From Antedon mediterranea (taxonomy: Eukaryota > Animalia > Echinodermata), in the NCBI RefSeq assembly GCF_964355755.1, contig NC_092675.1:21548912-21612911 (forward strand): 64,000 nucleotides of DNA, read 5' to 3'. This document shows, piece by piece, positions 39,500-52,940 of the stretch (its first letter is position 1; each line of letters opens with the position of its first letter). The notes beneath the pieces were generated by a model. That model saw only the letters and a list, made by a program, of their open reading frames with translations, was not told where the DNA came from and made no database searches. A program made the translations under genes and the position numbers.

Positions 39500-39868
39500 A
39501 TTGTTAGTGTTAGTGTTAGTGTTATTATTATTATTATTATTATCGGGGAATAATATTATCAAGGAATGCTAACGAAATTCTGCCCACCTGTTTAAATCAA
39601 CAGTTATTCATATTCATCATCAGACTAGAACATAGGTATTCATGTTATCCTCAGTATCATTATCATCATTATTGTGCCTACTTACTGATCTTCCATCTTA
39701 AAATCTATATACTTTTTAATCAAGGAAATTGAGATTATATATATAATATATATATATTGATCTCTGGTGCGCGTGCGTACAACTGAGGACTATTTGTGTT
39801 CCAACCGTACCACGCCGAGAATGTTAAAGGGTCGTTATCCGATCGAGTTAAAGAACAATACCATGAAA

Positions 39869-39940
39869 GCCCCAGTGGTCTAATGGTTAGGGCAACTGCA
39901 TATCAAGCAGACGGTCCGAGTTCGAGTCTCGGTTGGAGCG
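39869..39940 (+). tRNA. tRNA-like cloverleaf (ATC in anticodon position), probably a pseudo-tRNA inside a (TA)n-flanked repeat at ~39740-40065
   Basis: Acceptor GCCCCAG/TTGGAGC (one mismatch), T-arm CCGAG-TTCGAGT-CTCGG, anticodon arm CTGC-ATATCAA-GCAG. Purine at position 32 is non-canonical. Confidence 0.4.
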
Positions 39941-40449
39941 ACTTTTTCTCATTCTCCCAGATTTCCTCATCTTTATCGTTTCAAAAATTAATAAAATAAT
40001 TTTCAGTGTATCACCGGGCGGTTTGGAATTTATTTCTATGCCTGTTGTGTTTATTTATATATATATTATTCTGGTGGTTTAAATTGGTTGAATTTTTTTC
40101 ACTTTTAACCGGACATAGGCCGCAGGAAGATCATGGAAGATGTCATGATACTGATAATAATTGTAACTACTATTAAACTCTGAATATATGATATGACAGG
40201 ATATGATATTAAATACAACATTTTAGATAATCGTTACACAACATCTGTACAGAAAGAAAAAAAAGAACAAAAAAGATTTTGTACAATAACAATAATTAGT
40301 TGATCTTTTTCTTCTAAATGATCACCTAATAAGCATAAAAAATCACAAATTATTTTCTACAAAAAGTAGTTTGATTAAATTGATAACGCTCGTGTCCTGC
40401 TATCTAACATTTTTAGTTTTTCTACGCATGTTACGCAGGTCTTTGATGA

Positions 40450-41060
40450 TATCATATCACAGGTCATCAGTTTATTGTACATAGGTGGCAGCATTCATAT
40501 ATTCAGGGTTTAACAGTAGTTATTGTATCAGTATCATGACATCTTCCATCCAGCTCCAGATCATCATGATCTTGGTTCACCACTTTGGTTTGTCCACGAT
40601 AGCTGGTTTCTATTTCTTTGTTATGTACTCTTGAACTCTTGAACGTTAGCTGATTCTGTAACCCTTTAAATGATTTAGCATGCTCTAATTGTAGTGTTGA
40701 TGCCATTTTGTGGATCTTGTTTGTTTCTGACTAGTATGGTTAGTATAAATATGGTAAGTTGCTTGAATCTTTCGTCGTCCAAACATTAATTCAGATAAAG
40801 GCATTCCTGCTTCAATAGGCTCATCACACCAGCTTCAGAAGCTTTTTCCAGTGCTTCCCTTGGCAATGCCAACGAACCTCTATGATTTGTCATTACATTG
40901 AGGGTATCTTGGGCTACTTGTGGCGTGCTTGAAGTTGTATGAATTTGCAAATAAATTGAATTCATTAGAGTCGTAATGTTTAGCATTGTCATTAATGAAT
41001 TTGTTAGGTGGTTTGTTTACAATCAAAAATGTGTTTATTCATATCTTCCAAATCTATAAA
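40450..41060 (-). pseudogene. Old Ty3/Gypsy integrase fragment
   Basis: An unlisted frame reads PNKFINDNAKHYDSNEFNLFANSYNFKHATSSPRYPQCNDKS*RFV...SELMFGRR, a decayed version of the SDNG...EF..FA...H.TSSP.YPQSNG..ER integrase core. Confidence 0.75.
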
Positions 41061-42348
41061 TGATTAATCCTCGGGGATTCATAACGTTTACGCGATCCTC
41101 TAAATGGTAGTTATGTAATTTATTTACATAATCTATGTAATATTATATTCTGTTTTGCTGTTAACTTACCAGCTGATTTTTATTTTGAAACCAGCAGTCT
41201 TAACGAATGTGCGTATTTAGCTGAGAGACAATGCAAAATGAATACCCCGGATTCAGAATTAAAACAAATGCTCCGACCAATGAAGAAATTAAGTCCCTCA
41301 AAATTGGTCATATGATGTAATAGTTGATAATAATTATCTACTTGTGTCGTTAAGAAGTAAGGACGAATATCGTAACATTAACATTGTTTCTTTTATTGTA
41401 TTATTACTCAAGCAATTCAAATTACAGAAAAAAGGATATAGCGAGAACAACATTGAAAATTACAAAAATAATTATAATGGCGTAATGGCGTTAAACGTTA
41501 TTTTCAATTTCGTCATGCTCATTAAAGATTAATCTTTATTGCAAATGTATACCCATTTAATGTTATAATGCCTAATATTAGAGAACAACAGTAAACTGTT
41601 CTATTTACTTAATACAGAATTTGTATTTGCCGTACAAACCCTGTAAATTACGTATTTTACCGTAATACTGTACGTATTTAACTACTATGAAAGCTACATA
41701 AAAAAGGTCAAATTGATTTAAAATATATAATTAAAATAAAATGATATAGTTTTTTATATTTTATAATTTACCATCTAATTTACAAATAAATAACCAGCAA
41801 TAACAAGAAAAATGACAAGCCTAGTAATAAGCAAATAATAATTATAAGCAACGTAATTAAATAATAATCATCATATAAAATTAGAACAGCAGTGTGTCAA
41901 CGCCACTAACAAACTGGTAAGAAACTGAATATACAGTACAACATATACAATAAACAATTCATGAACACATTTCCTCTTACAACATTGATGAAGAATTATA
42001 TTTACATTTACTAGATAAAGTAAAGAGGCATCTGTTAGTACTTTATAATACAATTAACTAAATCATCCTAATACTAAATAGAAACAACTCAAATATTGTA
42101 TAGAATGTTGAATATTACATTAACTGTTTCTTTTTCTTTCTTTTTTTGTTGAACCAATTTCTACTTGCCTTTATTCCCGTTTTCATTGCATTCCGAGAAC
42201 AATTTAAAGTGTAGGCCTACTTTTAAATGTTGAAGTTTATAATTACTTTATTGATTATATGCCGATTTGTTTTCATCAATATAATCATAATATTATAGAC
42301 TCTTCATTTCCAGCTTGTTGATTTATTAACCAGTACGTATCATCTTGA

Positions 42349-45300
42349 CTAATGACGTCTTGAAGTTATAGTTTGGTAGGTGTCATCTTCAACTACATTT
42401 ACCTGACTGAAGTTTAGGTGATTGTACTCGTTTGAATTGCCCTTTTTAGTTGACGCGAGAGTTTGATCATCATCAACGCATGTGCTTGTTTCCTGTTCAA
42501 CAGGTACGTTTACCTCCGCATTTGGGCAACTGTAGTAATTGGAATCGTCCCCTTCAGGTGACTGGACACTTTGGTAGGTATCATCATTGACTCTTGTGTG
42601 CTGTGTGTCTTGTTCAGCAGGTGGGGTTACCTCTAAGTTCAGGCGACTGTAGTCATTGATATCGTCCTTTTCAGGTGACCGGACACTCTGGTAGGCATCA
42701 TCGTCAACTCTTGCGCGTCGTGTGTCTTGTTCTGTAGGTGGGCTTACATCTAAGTTTAGGCAACGGTAATTAGAATTGTCATTTTTAGGTAAGGCTAAAG
42801 CCTGGTAGGTATCATCATCAACTCCTTTAGCAGTCCCGTCTGATTCCCAGTTTAGGCAACTGTAGTCATTGGAATTATGCTTTTTGAGTGAGGATAAATC
42901 CTGGTAGGTATTATCATCAACTCTTTCAGCAGGCCCGTCTGACTCTAAGTTTAGGCAACTGTAGTCATTGGATTTGCCCTCATCAGTTGACGCGAGAGTT
43001 GTGTAGGTATCGTCGTCACCTCCTGCGCGTGTGTCTTGTTCAGTAGGTGCGTCCAACAACTCCAAGTATAGGTTGCTGTCATCGTCGGAATTATCCTTTT
43101 CAGGTGTGGCTACCGTAAGGTAGGTATCATCAATTCTTACACGTCTGACTGGAGCTTTTTCAGAATTATTCTCTTCTTCTAAATCTATGTAACTTCCATC
43201 ATCTAAATCATCTTCAAAAGTATTGAAGCCTTGGTTAACCTCACCAGCGCGATCTGAAGTTATTAACTCCTGGTAACTTTCTTCTTGACTTACGCAGTTA
43301 ACTTTTTGAACAACGGTATTATTTGGAAACGACGTTTCTGGTGACTGGTATGTGTTATCAAGATTCATGCTGTCGACATACATGTTTCGGTTATTTTGTT
43401 TTGAATTTCTAACTGCGGTCTTTTTTTTAAATCCCCGATGCTTCTTTTTTTGACAATAGAATACGACGAGAAGACATGCCGCCATAATAAATATAAGCAG
43501 TCCAACACCAGCATAGACCACACTACAACGAAAAAGTAATATAAAGTATATATAAAGTTATTTTTATTAATATCATTACCATGTGTGCTGTGTTGTTATT
43601 TACCATATCCTGAAGTTTTACAGGGGTCAAGCTTAAAGTTTTTTTAACTTATTTGGCCCCTTCACACTTCTCTGATTAGCAAGTACAAGCAAGTATCTTT
43701 ATTTATAATTAATTTTATTAACATATTTATTATTTATTATTGATACCTGCTTACTGAATTTGTACTATTTGTATTTAAAACGTGAAAAAATTAAATAAAA
43801 GAAAGAAAAGAAATATTGGTGATAACGCTATACATTACACAACTATTACTCTAATCGTGTACTGTAGATTATTACAGCGATGAAGTTATTAAAAACTTCC
43901 TCCAAAAACTTACTGATTATAACTTGATGATGATGATGATGATGATGACGATTTCTCATTAGTTACATCAATATGAACCAATGCAAAATCTATCTTCGTG
44001 TTTCCGATGACATCCGTGGCTTGAACCCAAATTTGATATGTCCCCGAGTCCTCTTCATCTTTAAAGTAAATATTTACTGTTTCTTCCTTAAATGAAACCA
44101 AATACATTTTTTTATTTGAAATAACAATATATATAATATCATAATTAATGCATTTATTAAGAAATTTGGTTTCTATGACAAATGGTTAGTTACATGTTAG
44201 TTACATGAACACCATGACCACATCATAAGAAAAGAAAACATGGAACATTTATTTTAAACTCTGGAGAAACTGGCAGAAAAATGTGCAGGAGCAGACAAAG
44301 ATTCCGATAGATGTTTGCTAAATACCATAAACTATCTACAATAAATGCAGGAATCGCCAGACCTTAACGTTGACATACGGACAGGACACAAGAAGAAGAA
44401 GAATAAAGAAAGAACAAATACAAGTGACATAACTTACATGAGTTTTCAAAACTCTCCATTCTGGTTTCACGGACTCGAATGTTTCTCCTTCAATGCTATT
44501 CTTTAATAATCCAAATTCAAACTTTATAATTCCATTTGCATTACCAATGGCCGATAAAGGGCGTCCTGCTGGATGTGCCTCTGAATCGTAAGCTTCCTGG
44601 AATGTGACGTCATCATCCGATATAATTGCCAGTAACAGATTTTGGTCCACGTGTAGTTGATTTATGAAGTGACCATTCCATGATAACGTTACCTATCACA
44701 AATGTAACCATTTTATTATTATAAAAAAAATTCCAATTTTATTTTTTAACCATAAAATTGTGTTATCAATATCATGTCTGTTATTATTTAGAATTCATTA
44801 TTAGTATTATTTTTATTTATGGTATTTTTAAAAGATCATTAATTAACTGTATAATAACAATATTTATATTAAGGTAATAAATAAAATAAACGTGATTCAT
44901 ACATTTTCATATGCTTTTACGGACACGTCTGAGTTATTGTTGAATCTCTTGCCACTAATTGTTAAATATATAGGTTTATCTTCCACGGTAGTGATTTCAC
45001 TTTGGTTGTCATAAATAATACATCGTCGTGCATTGCGAACATTTCCCGCAACATCGTTGACAGTTAGTATGATACAGTAGACACCTTTAGCAAAATATAA
45101 AAAACAACATTTTTGTTTTGAACAATGATATCAAAGAAATTAATGTCTATGGACACACGGATTAAAACTGTGTATGCACACGATGACCTAGTTTCAGGAT
45201 TATGACATTTTCTACTCATTCTCTAAGCCTGAAATACGAAAAAAATCGTCACCGTCACCACGAAGTGGTATGTATGTATATCAAACTCTATGTTTTCACA

Positions 45301-48300
45301 AAATCTTAACTTTCAAATATCATTAATTAACTAATTAAATTAATTAGGCAATATCAAAAAACACCATCATGGAATTTGCGTTTTTAGGAAGTGACACAAT
45401 TTATTAAATACCCGTATGTGGTGCTTGCCCAGTGCACACGCGTAATGAATTTTGCGCGTTTGTTTACAGTTTTGGCCTAGCCTACAGCCTAGCTAGGAGG
45501 ATCTGGTTGCACACTCCAGAACAGTGCATTTCAAGTGACACTAACTGCATTAGTGTCACTTCGTAAGCGTAAACTACGCAGGGAAATGAATTTTTCGGTT
45601 TCACGAAGTGACACTAATGATTAACTTTAATTTACTTGGTAATTAATTAATATGATTAAAATTAAATTAAAGTAATGGGTAGCTGGATTGTCTAACATTG
45701 TATGTATTTAAATTAAAAATCTTAGTGACATTTTTTGAGGACGAAATCGTGTGTGAAGCTCGTTTCTTCAATCGCGTTTTTCTCGAAACGCTGTTTTTAT
45801 CAATTACGCGGTTAGTGTCACTTCGTGGTGTCGACGACGAATTATTTGTTTACCCACCCTATAATTTGCGAGTGTCTGGCTGTTGGATGAGTATCGAAAA
45901 TAAAAACACAATGAGAAATGAAAAGAATAAAGAACTCACCAGGCGACGGAAGTGGTGTAAACGTTACTTGGTATTCATCACCACTTTGTCTATACTTTAA
46001 AGGACCAAATTCATTATCTGGAATTAAGATATCATTTCTGGCTGCCATTTTATAAATGCGACAGTTGTAAGACGGCCGTGGTCTTAACCCTGAAATATAG
46101 TCAACCCATGACGTCCAACGAATATCAACCTCATTCTAGAAGGAATCATATCATTACCGTGTATATTATAATTTTTCAACATAATTGATATATATGTGCG
46201 GTCAACTTTAGAATACATTGTTTCCATTTATATAATAAACAATGGTTCTTACTAATCTCGTATAAGGCTCGCCGACATCTAATGCATTCCCAACGCATGG
46301 CACAACTCCTTGTACAGAACAATGTGTAGGCGGTTCAGTATCAATTTTTACATTCACATACATAGTTATACTTTGTCCTTGATAATATTCCCGGTCGGTT
46401 GTTTCATTCCCAGTATTTGAAAAGTCATAGTTTTTCCGTTCAATATATCCACCATTGGTTGCATTTGCTGAGAAGAATAAACTGAAATCCGCAGATATAT
46501 TACTATCACTATTATAAGTTTTAAGACAAGTTTTTTTTAAGTTTACAATTTGCGATTGCTCAAAATTTGGAAGGATAAAATGCTACTAAAGTCTGTCGTT
46601 GCATATTTTTGCTGCATAATAATTCAAAATGTGTATATTTCTACGTTATTATTCGCCTAGCAGACCATCCTAACTTTGCTTTAAGTCATTGATTTTGCTA
46701 AGTACATTTGTTAAAATAACATATTTCACTTAAGCCCTTTCAAGTATCTTGACATGAACAGGAGGATTGATGATGTCTTAATTCTAAGTTCTAATAAGTA
46801 ATTGATACCAACCTGTCATCGTGTTGAAGTTGTTCACTTAAACGTGCAAACTCTTCACATGAGTGTAACCCCTGCTTTGGATTGTTAGGACCAATGTCAA
46901 ATCCACAATTCAGGTATCCAGTTTCAATAATACTTTTCCCTAAAAAAAACCAAAAATATTTAAACTGTTTACCAAACCAACGGTAAGTTTATTCTTGATG
47001 AGATGACTTGAAATCTCCTATCAGATGGTGGAGTTTAACTGTTTAAATAATTTTTTGTATAGATATTTGTATGTTTAAAGACTTTAGGATATGTATTTTA
47101 ATCAACTTTTTAAGTTAAAACTCTAATAGAAATATGTATCAACATTAACCATTATAATCACCCAGAACACATAACGATATACTTGTGTTACACGACAAAA
47201 GTGCATGAAGATACCTTACACATACAAAACAAACCACAATTACAACGCTTACCTCTGATGTGTTCCCAATAACAATAAGATGATGAAATACCAACTCTGT
47301 AATCGTTGATATAATATGGAAATGGATATTTATCCGACGAAGGACCAGGAAAGCTCGTTTGCCAATTGATAGACAATGCATTACCGTCAACTGATGAATA
47401 GCTGTATGTAGGTGGCGCAGCTGAATACACGCAAGGTATGTCAATGGAAGATATTCCATTAAGTTGTAGAGATATTGAACAACTTATATCTTTTGGTGGC
47501 ACAGTCACTGTAATAAACGACAGTATGTCAATATCGTTTAAAGGTTAACATGACGATTAAAGTGTTTGCAGTACATCATGTGTTTAAAAAAAAGTATAAA
47601 GTCGAGCCTCTCTCGACGTTTCGGTTGCTTGCTAAAAACATCTGTTTTCAAAACAATTATTAACAATAATATTTTGCTAAATAAGCGAACATTAACAATG
47701 TCATTATCAATTGATCTCAGCAACCACAGCAAAATATTACTAACTTTACATTCTTTTTTCCTAAACTTATCGAATTTTAAAAATACAAATAGCATAACTC
47801 ACTATTCATGCAATTATCACCGTCATCAAACTCGATGTCACATGAACATATATCTGATGTGAGTCCACAAGTACCCGGATAACATGACCTGCTATTGCTT
47901 CTCCATGAACATATTTCTGAAAGCATAGACCATATAGTATAGATAGTGCATATCTGGAAATTCAGTTGCTTGCTAAAATTATTTGTATTTTATTAAATGA
48001 ATGGGGAGATGAAAATAGAATCACACCGTGAAGTGAAGTGAATTTATTCTTATACGATTACTACATAAATTAACAATATCACCACGGTTGTTATACTTAC
48101 AAGAAAGGAAGTAAAGTAATGTTGTATTATATATAATAAATGTTCCATTTATGACTTGTGTAATCTATTTGATTCTCACGTAGACGTAACGCAAGGACGT
48201 AAGTAATTCGGCCAATAACGACGCAATGGCTCATCCGAACTATCGCGTCAACAAATTCGTATTTTTGTGATGCTTTTTTTTAAACAAATCGATGCGCTTT

Positions 48301-50081
48301 CATATTAGAATATTCCAGCAATAGTATTTTCAGAACTTACTAATGCATTCCCCTTTAATCAGTTGATAAGCTTTGATTTCCATATTTATGTAATACATAC
48401 ATCTTGTGCAGAATGAATCTAAGTGTGTTGAACAATCTACAATTTGGCAATTATCAATATCTGTTGTACAATCTGGAAATTAAGTATTATAATAATAGAA
48501 GTATTTTAATTCATGGCTTAATTAAAAAATTATTAATTTCATGCATATTCCATGCAACATTAAGTTACATAAAGTTATTACTGTACTATACCTATGTATA
48601 ATATAAAAGGTACAGGGGTGGTGGTAACACTTACGGTTTCAAAGGGTTATTGTTTTATTTTTAAAGAAAGAAAATGTTTATTCGAATAATATATAGAATA
48701 AGTAGGCCTATGTATAAACATTGTATTACGTATACTATTTGAGATAGGCATAGGTATTGAAAAATTGAATATCTTTACTGTATTGACATGTTGGTCCATG
48801 GTATCCCTTGTAGCATTCACAGTGATTAGGCTCGTCACATTTTCCGTTGATGCAATCAAACTCACATATTGCTAAAATTATATGAACCTGTTAAATCATC
48901 ATTGTCATTTTGTTTCATTGTATTTAAATCCATTTTTTTTAAAACCTACACTCACAATTATACTTCTAATCTCTTTTAAAACCCGATCTTATACTCTGGA
49001 TAGGACTCAAATAAATATTGAATTTTTTAATTCCTGCCTATACCAACGTATAAAGTTAAACCCATAATTTAATACCGTTTGGTTGATCGTAATTAACGAG
49101 GGAAGAATGTATACAAGTTACTATGCTTACTATATTCTTACAATCTCAACAACACTTACGTTCGGTACACTCGTTGCTACCAGGAAGTGATGTATACCCA
49201 CTGCAGCAACGATATGTATTTGAATAAACGGTTCTATACAAAATGACCGTTCGATATGATGTTCTATATTTAAAAAAAAAAAAAAAAAAAACACCAAACA
49301 AACATATTACCATGTAAGTATACATTAATTTGTTATATTGCCTGGCATGGTCGCAATAGGGTTTAGTAGTAAATCATTTCCAAAGAATCAGAAAATTAAA
49401 AGACCTTCATTTACTACGTATATAGGCCCTATAAAGAGTTGCGTTGTTAAATTCTAATAACCTGTGTTTATGAAATCATGTTTGAAGGTCTGTATGGAGA
49501 CGCGCGTGGCAATCTTTACCATACCCATCAGGAGATATAATTATTGCTCCTAACAATACTTCATCCGGATTGTTGACCATTTTGAGTGTTGTGAAAAATA
49601 GCATTTGTTAAACAGTATAATATGCCATTAGAATTACTTACCGGTAACGAGTTGAACTACATCTGTCCCAATCAAAAATACCACACATGGTGGATGTTGT
49701 GTAACTTGAAGAGTATTCTCGTGAACTGATGTACGTTTGTAACGAAGGCCTCACCAGAAAGGTACATACGTTTCTCCTTGTGTTTTACATATAATATGCA
49801 ATAAATACAACATTAATGGTACTAAAAGCATTTTTTTAAGGGAGTCTAAACAACTATATCTAATTACAACGGTAATAAGTTACAATAGGAATTAGTTTAC
49901 TTAATCCAAAACAACATTTTAATTTTTAATAGACAAGATATTTTAGAAAATTAAGGAAAAATAAGGAAAATAAGGAATAATATTACAGTTTAATGACTTA
50001 CCCGTTTGGATCCAGAGAATGCACATACCTCAAAAACAATACACTGACAAAAACTACGCCAAAAAGCTTATGGAATGTCAT
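42349..50081 (-). CDS. Gene B: intact 1082-aa type I receptor; EMI-NIM/EGF-Cys-rich-Ig/FN3-like ectodomain, TM, tandem ITAM-like tail
   Basis: 14 phase-compatible GT-AG exons: 50081-50002, 49776-49642, 49263-49160, 48871-48779, 48472-48341, 47916-47803, 47507-47253, 46939-46813, 46481-46253, 46135-45940, 45084-44903, 44692-44438, 44086-43914, 43522-42349 (3249 nt, no internal stop). LDPNGRNVC...YRCCSGY, PICEFDCINGKCDEPNHCECYKGY (NIM consensus), TM VVYAGVGLLIFIMAACLLVVFYC. Confidence 0.85.
42352..43131 (-). repeat. Coding tandem repeat (~32-40 aa units) encoding paired tyrosine motifs
   Basis: Repeated DDxTYxxL/V-x9-14-YxxL-N(L/W), also visible in DNA as recurring gtaggtatcatc and tttaggcaactgtagtcattgga. 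Confidence 0.9.
45247..45839. mobile_element. Sola1-like MITE in a gene B intron
   Basis: Imperfect TIR cgtc...caccacgaagtg / cacttcgtggtgtcgacgacg, AWWT flanks (AAAT/AATT), internal GAAGTGACAC repeats. Confidence 0.5.
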
Positions 50082-52940
50082 TCTGTAAAATATTTAGTTC
50101 CATACACTATTATTATAATATATATATTTCCATTTTAAATCAAATTAAAACAGTTCTTCTAATCTTTTATTAAGACAGCTAGATGAAGCCTTTTACGTTT
50201 TCTTTGATCATGGTTTGGTTTTGAAATAGGGGACCATGGCCTATACATAGAAAATTATAGGTGCCGAAGTGAAATTAGTGCCCTATATTTTAGACTACTG
50301 TACAATTAGCAACATTTAGTGTGACCCGGGTCCGCCTATGAGCTCATGGTTTCCTCTTATAGGGCGGTTTTGCCGAATTTCTAGTCAATTCTTCTACTAC
50401 AGTTGTTTAGTTTTATCGTGTGAAAACTATAGAACCATTAAGTCAATTCGATTAATCTTTTTAGAGTTTAACATAGTTTAAACGTTTAATTTCGTTTCTA
50501 TTTTATTTTTATTATTATTTCAAATTTACAGCAACAAGAGGTTAGAGTTCACACGTTAGTTTAAGCATTCAGTCCATGGTTTACTCTTATGGAGTTTTGC
50601 CGAATGTCAAATAAATAACGGAACACAGCTATAAAAAGGAACTAACTGACGAAAGAGTAAACAGAAGATACTAGGCCTATAAACAAAAGTTAATACAACG
50701 TGTAAAATATACGTTTAAATAAACGCAATGCCAACTAACCACAAAGTATCGGAAGAGCAAATTAATATACTATTTTCAAATGGAGAACCAAATAAACTTA
50801 CTTGTTATCAAATTTCAACAACGTACGAGGAAATAAAATGTAAACGATCTGCCGTGGTTGCACAAGCATATTAATAATACTATAGGCCTAATAACAATGA
50901 ACACAAACACATTGTGTTCAGTTCGACAAACGTATTGAAAATACAACTTAAAGGCATAAACGATACAAAAGTTGGAACAATTGTTTTTGTTGTTACAAAA
51001 TATGACGAATTTCCCTTTTATTACTGTAGGATCACCAACCTTTTCATAATTTAACATGCGTGGACAGTACATAACAACCATAACACATTAGGCAATCTTC
51101 ATCATTACTAAAATAGGCAGAGATTGCTGGGGTTAGGGTGGCACGGTATAAAAAAGACCAAAATATTGAATCATCTTCGTGAAGGAGTTCTGGGAGGATT
51201 AATGGAGTAACGTAATCATACTCGGAATGTTTTAAATTATATTTGAAAACGGCGTCATAGGGTAATTGTTGGGAGTAACTGGATACTTCAACATGTCCGG
51301 AATTTGTACGGAGAAGGTTTTTATTTACTGGAGTTGATATAAAACGTAATAAGAAAGCATTTGAAACAATTCTAGATATTTGAAGTAATAAATTCCTTTT
51401 TTATAGAATTATTCATTTCGTTTAAAACAATATTCAATAACGGTTTCAATGTATTACTATTATTATCTTTAGTTCATATTTACACAAAATTAAAATGGTA
51501 ACCTAATTATTGTAAATTTACATTTTTATATTATCTTTATGGGACAATAATGACTTTGTACAATCGGCCAATCATACATTACAAACGTCTGATATTGAAT
51601 AGCTTGACGGTGTTCTACTGTTTATTATCTAAGATTTGTTATCCAATGGTCTTTCATGCAAAAGCGACTCCCGGATATTCAGATCATAACTTTATAAAAT
51701 TCGAAAATTAAATAAATAACATGTCACCTCATGTCCTAATATATAACTCTCTCTTCTTTCTTCTCTTAAACAGGGCTATAAATCATTATCGATGAGTTTG
51801 ACAAGCCTAATACAAACATGACAAGAATTTAATTGAAAAGCACCCTGAATATTTTGTTCAGTTGTTTTTTAGCCCAGTAACGAGCGATAACAGTTTTGAT
51901 ATCACGTAAGTAAACATCTTTAGTAATTTTCATCATTATGCTGTTTAGACGAAAAATAACCAAATGTGGTTGTATAAATGTTGAGAATAATAATAGAACC
52001 AAAAATGCATTCTTTTTTATTTGGACGTTCTAATACGATGAAGCAAAAAAAAATCACCTAACCAGAAAACGTGGCTATTGATTACTGTGCTTTATTTAGT
52101 TGGGTTTACTGAAAATTATGTATAAAAGCCCTACGATGATTTTTTCTCAATCTTGGTTTTCTAAACAATCATAACGTTTAGCTTGAAAACTAAGTTATCT
52201 TAGTTTTTATATCTCAGTTATCTATAGGCCTACAGCTGTTTTAGTTGTGTAAATGTAGAATTTAGTTTATTCATCTCAATAATAATGATAACTTATAATA
52301 ACTTTATTTATTATAAACCTTCGAAATCAACGAATGTAGTGTAAAATAATCTTATCGAACGGTTGGTTGTTTTAAATAATTTGAAATTCATATAGGCTAA
52401 AAACTATTTAAATAGTTATTTAAAAATATCATGCATATGCAGTAAAATCACGGTAAACGTTTAAAAATGAAAATTAAAAGATAAACATGTAATAGGATAA
52501 AGATGTAATAATGGGTATGTTTAGTTAGCAGCACAATTAACTTATAAATAGCCTATACAAATTTGAAAAACAAAATATCAGTCTGTATTAATTGTTAGAG
52601 ATTTTATTCTTCTTACATTTTTAATAACAAAAGCACAAAATATGGAAGAAAAACTTGTCCGACACTGAAAGCTCGTGCATAATGTTTCATGACTGTTGCT
52701 CTAGGTAATAGAATGTGGTGTCAGCACCATTTTCAAATTATTACATGACGTGATATAGGAGGATAAGTAATTCTAATACTACTAATTCGTCCTCATCATA
52801 CGTTACTGTAGAAATTGAGCCACATTATTTGTAAAGATAAATTAAAAAGAAATTACTATGATATTTTACAGTACTTATTGTTAAATACAGTAGAATTACT
52901 GTAGAAATAATTACAGTAACATCCTAAAAACTAAAGTTAA

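Noticed and set aside
40470-40992. ORFs and an NPEY motif suggesting a decayed receptor-tail exon
   Set aside because: Another frame matches a Gypsy integrase core; the NPxY is most likely chance.
46340-46375. Suspected frameshift in gene B exon 9
   Set aside because: On re-reading the frame is open (QGQSITMYVNVKIDTEPP) and the 229-nt exon fits the flanking phases.
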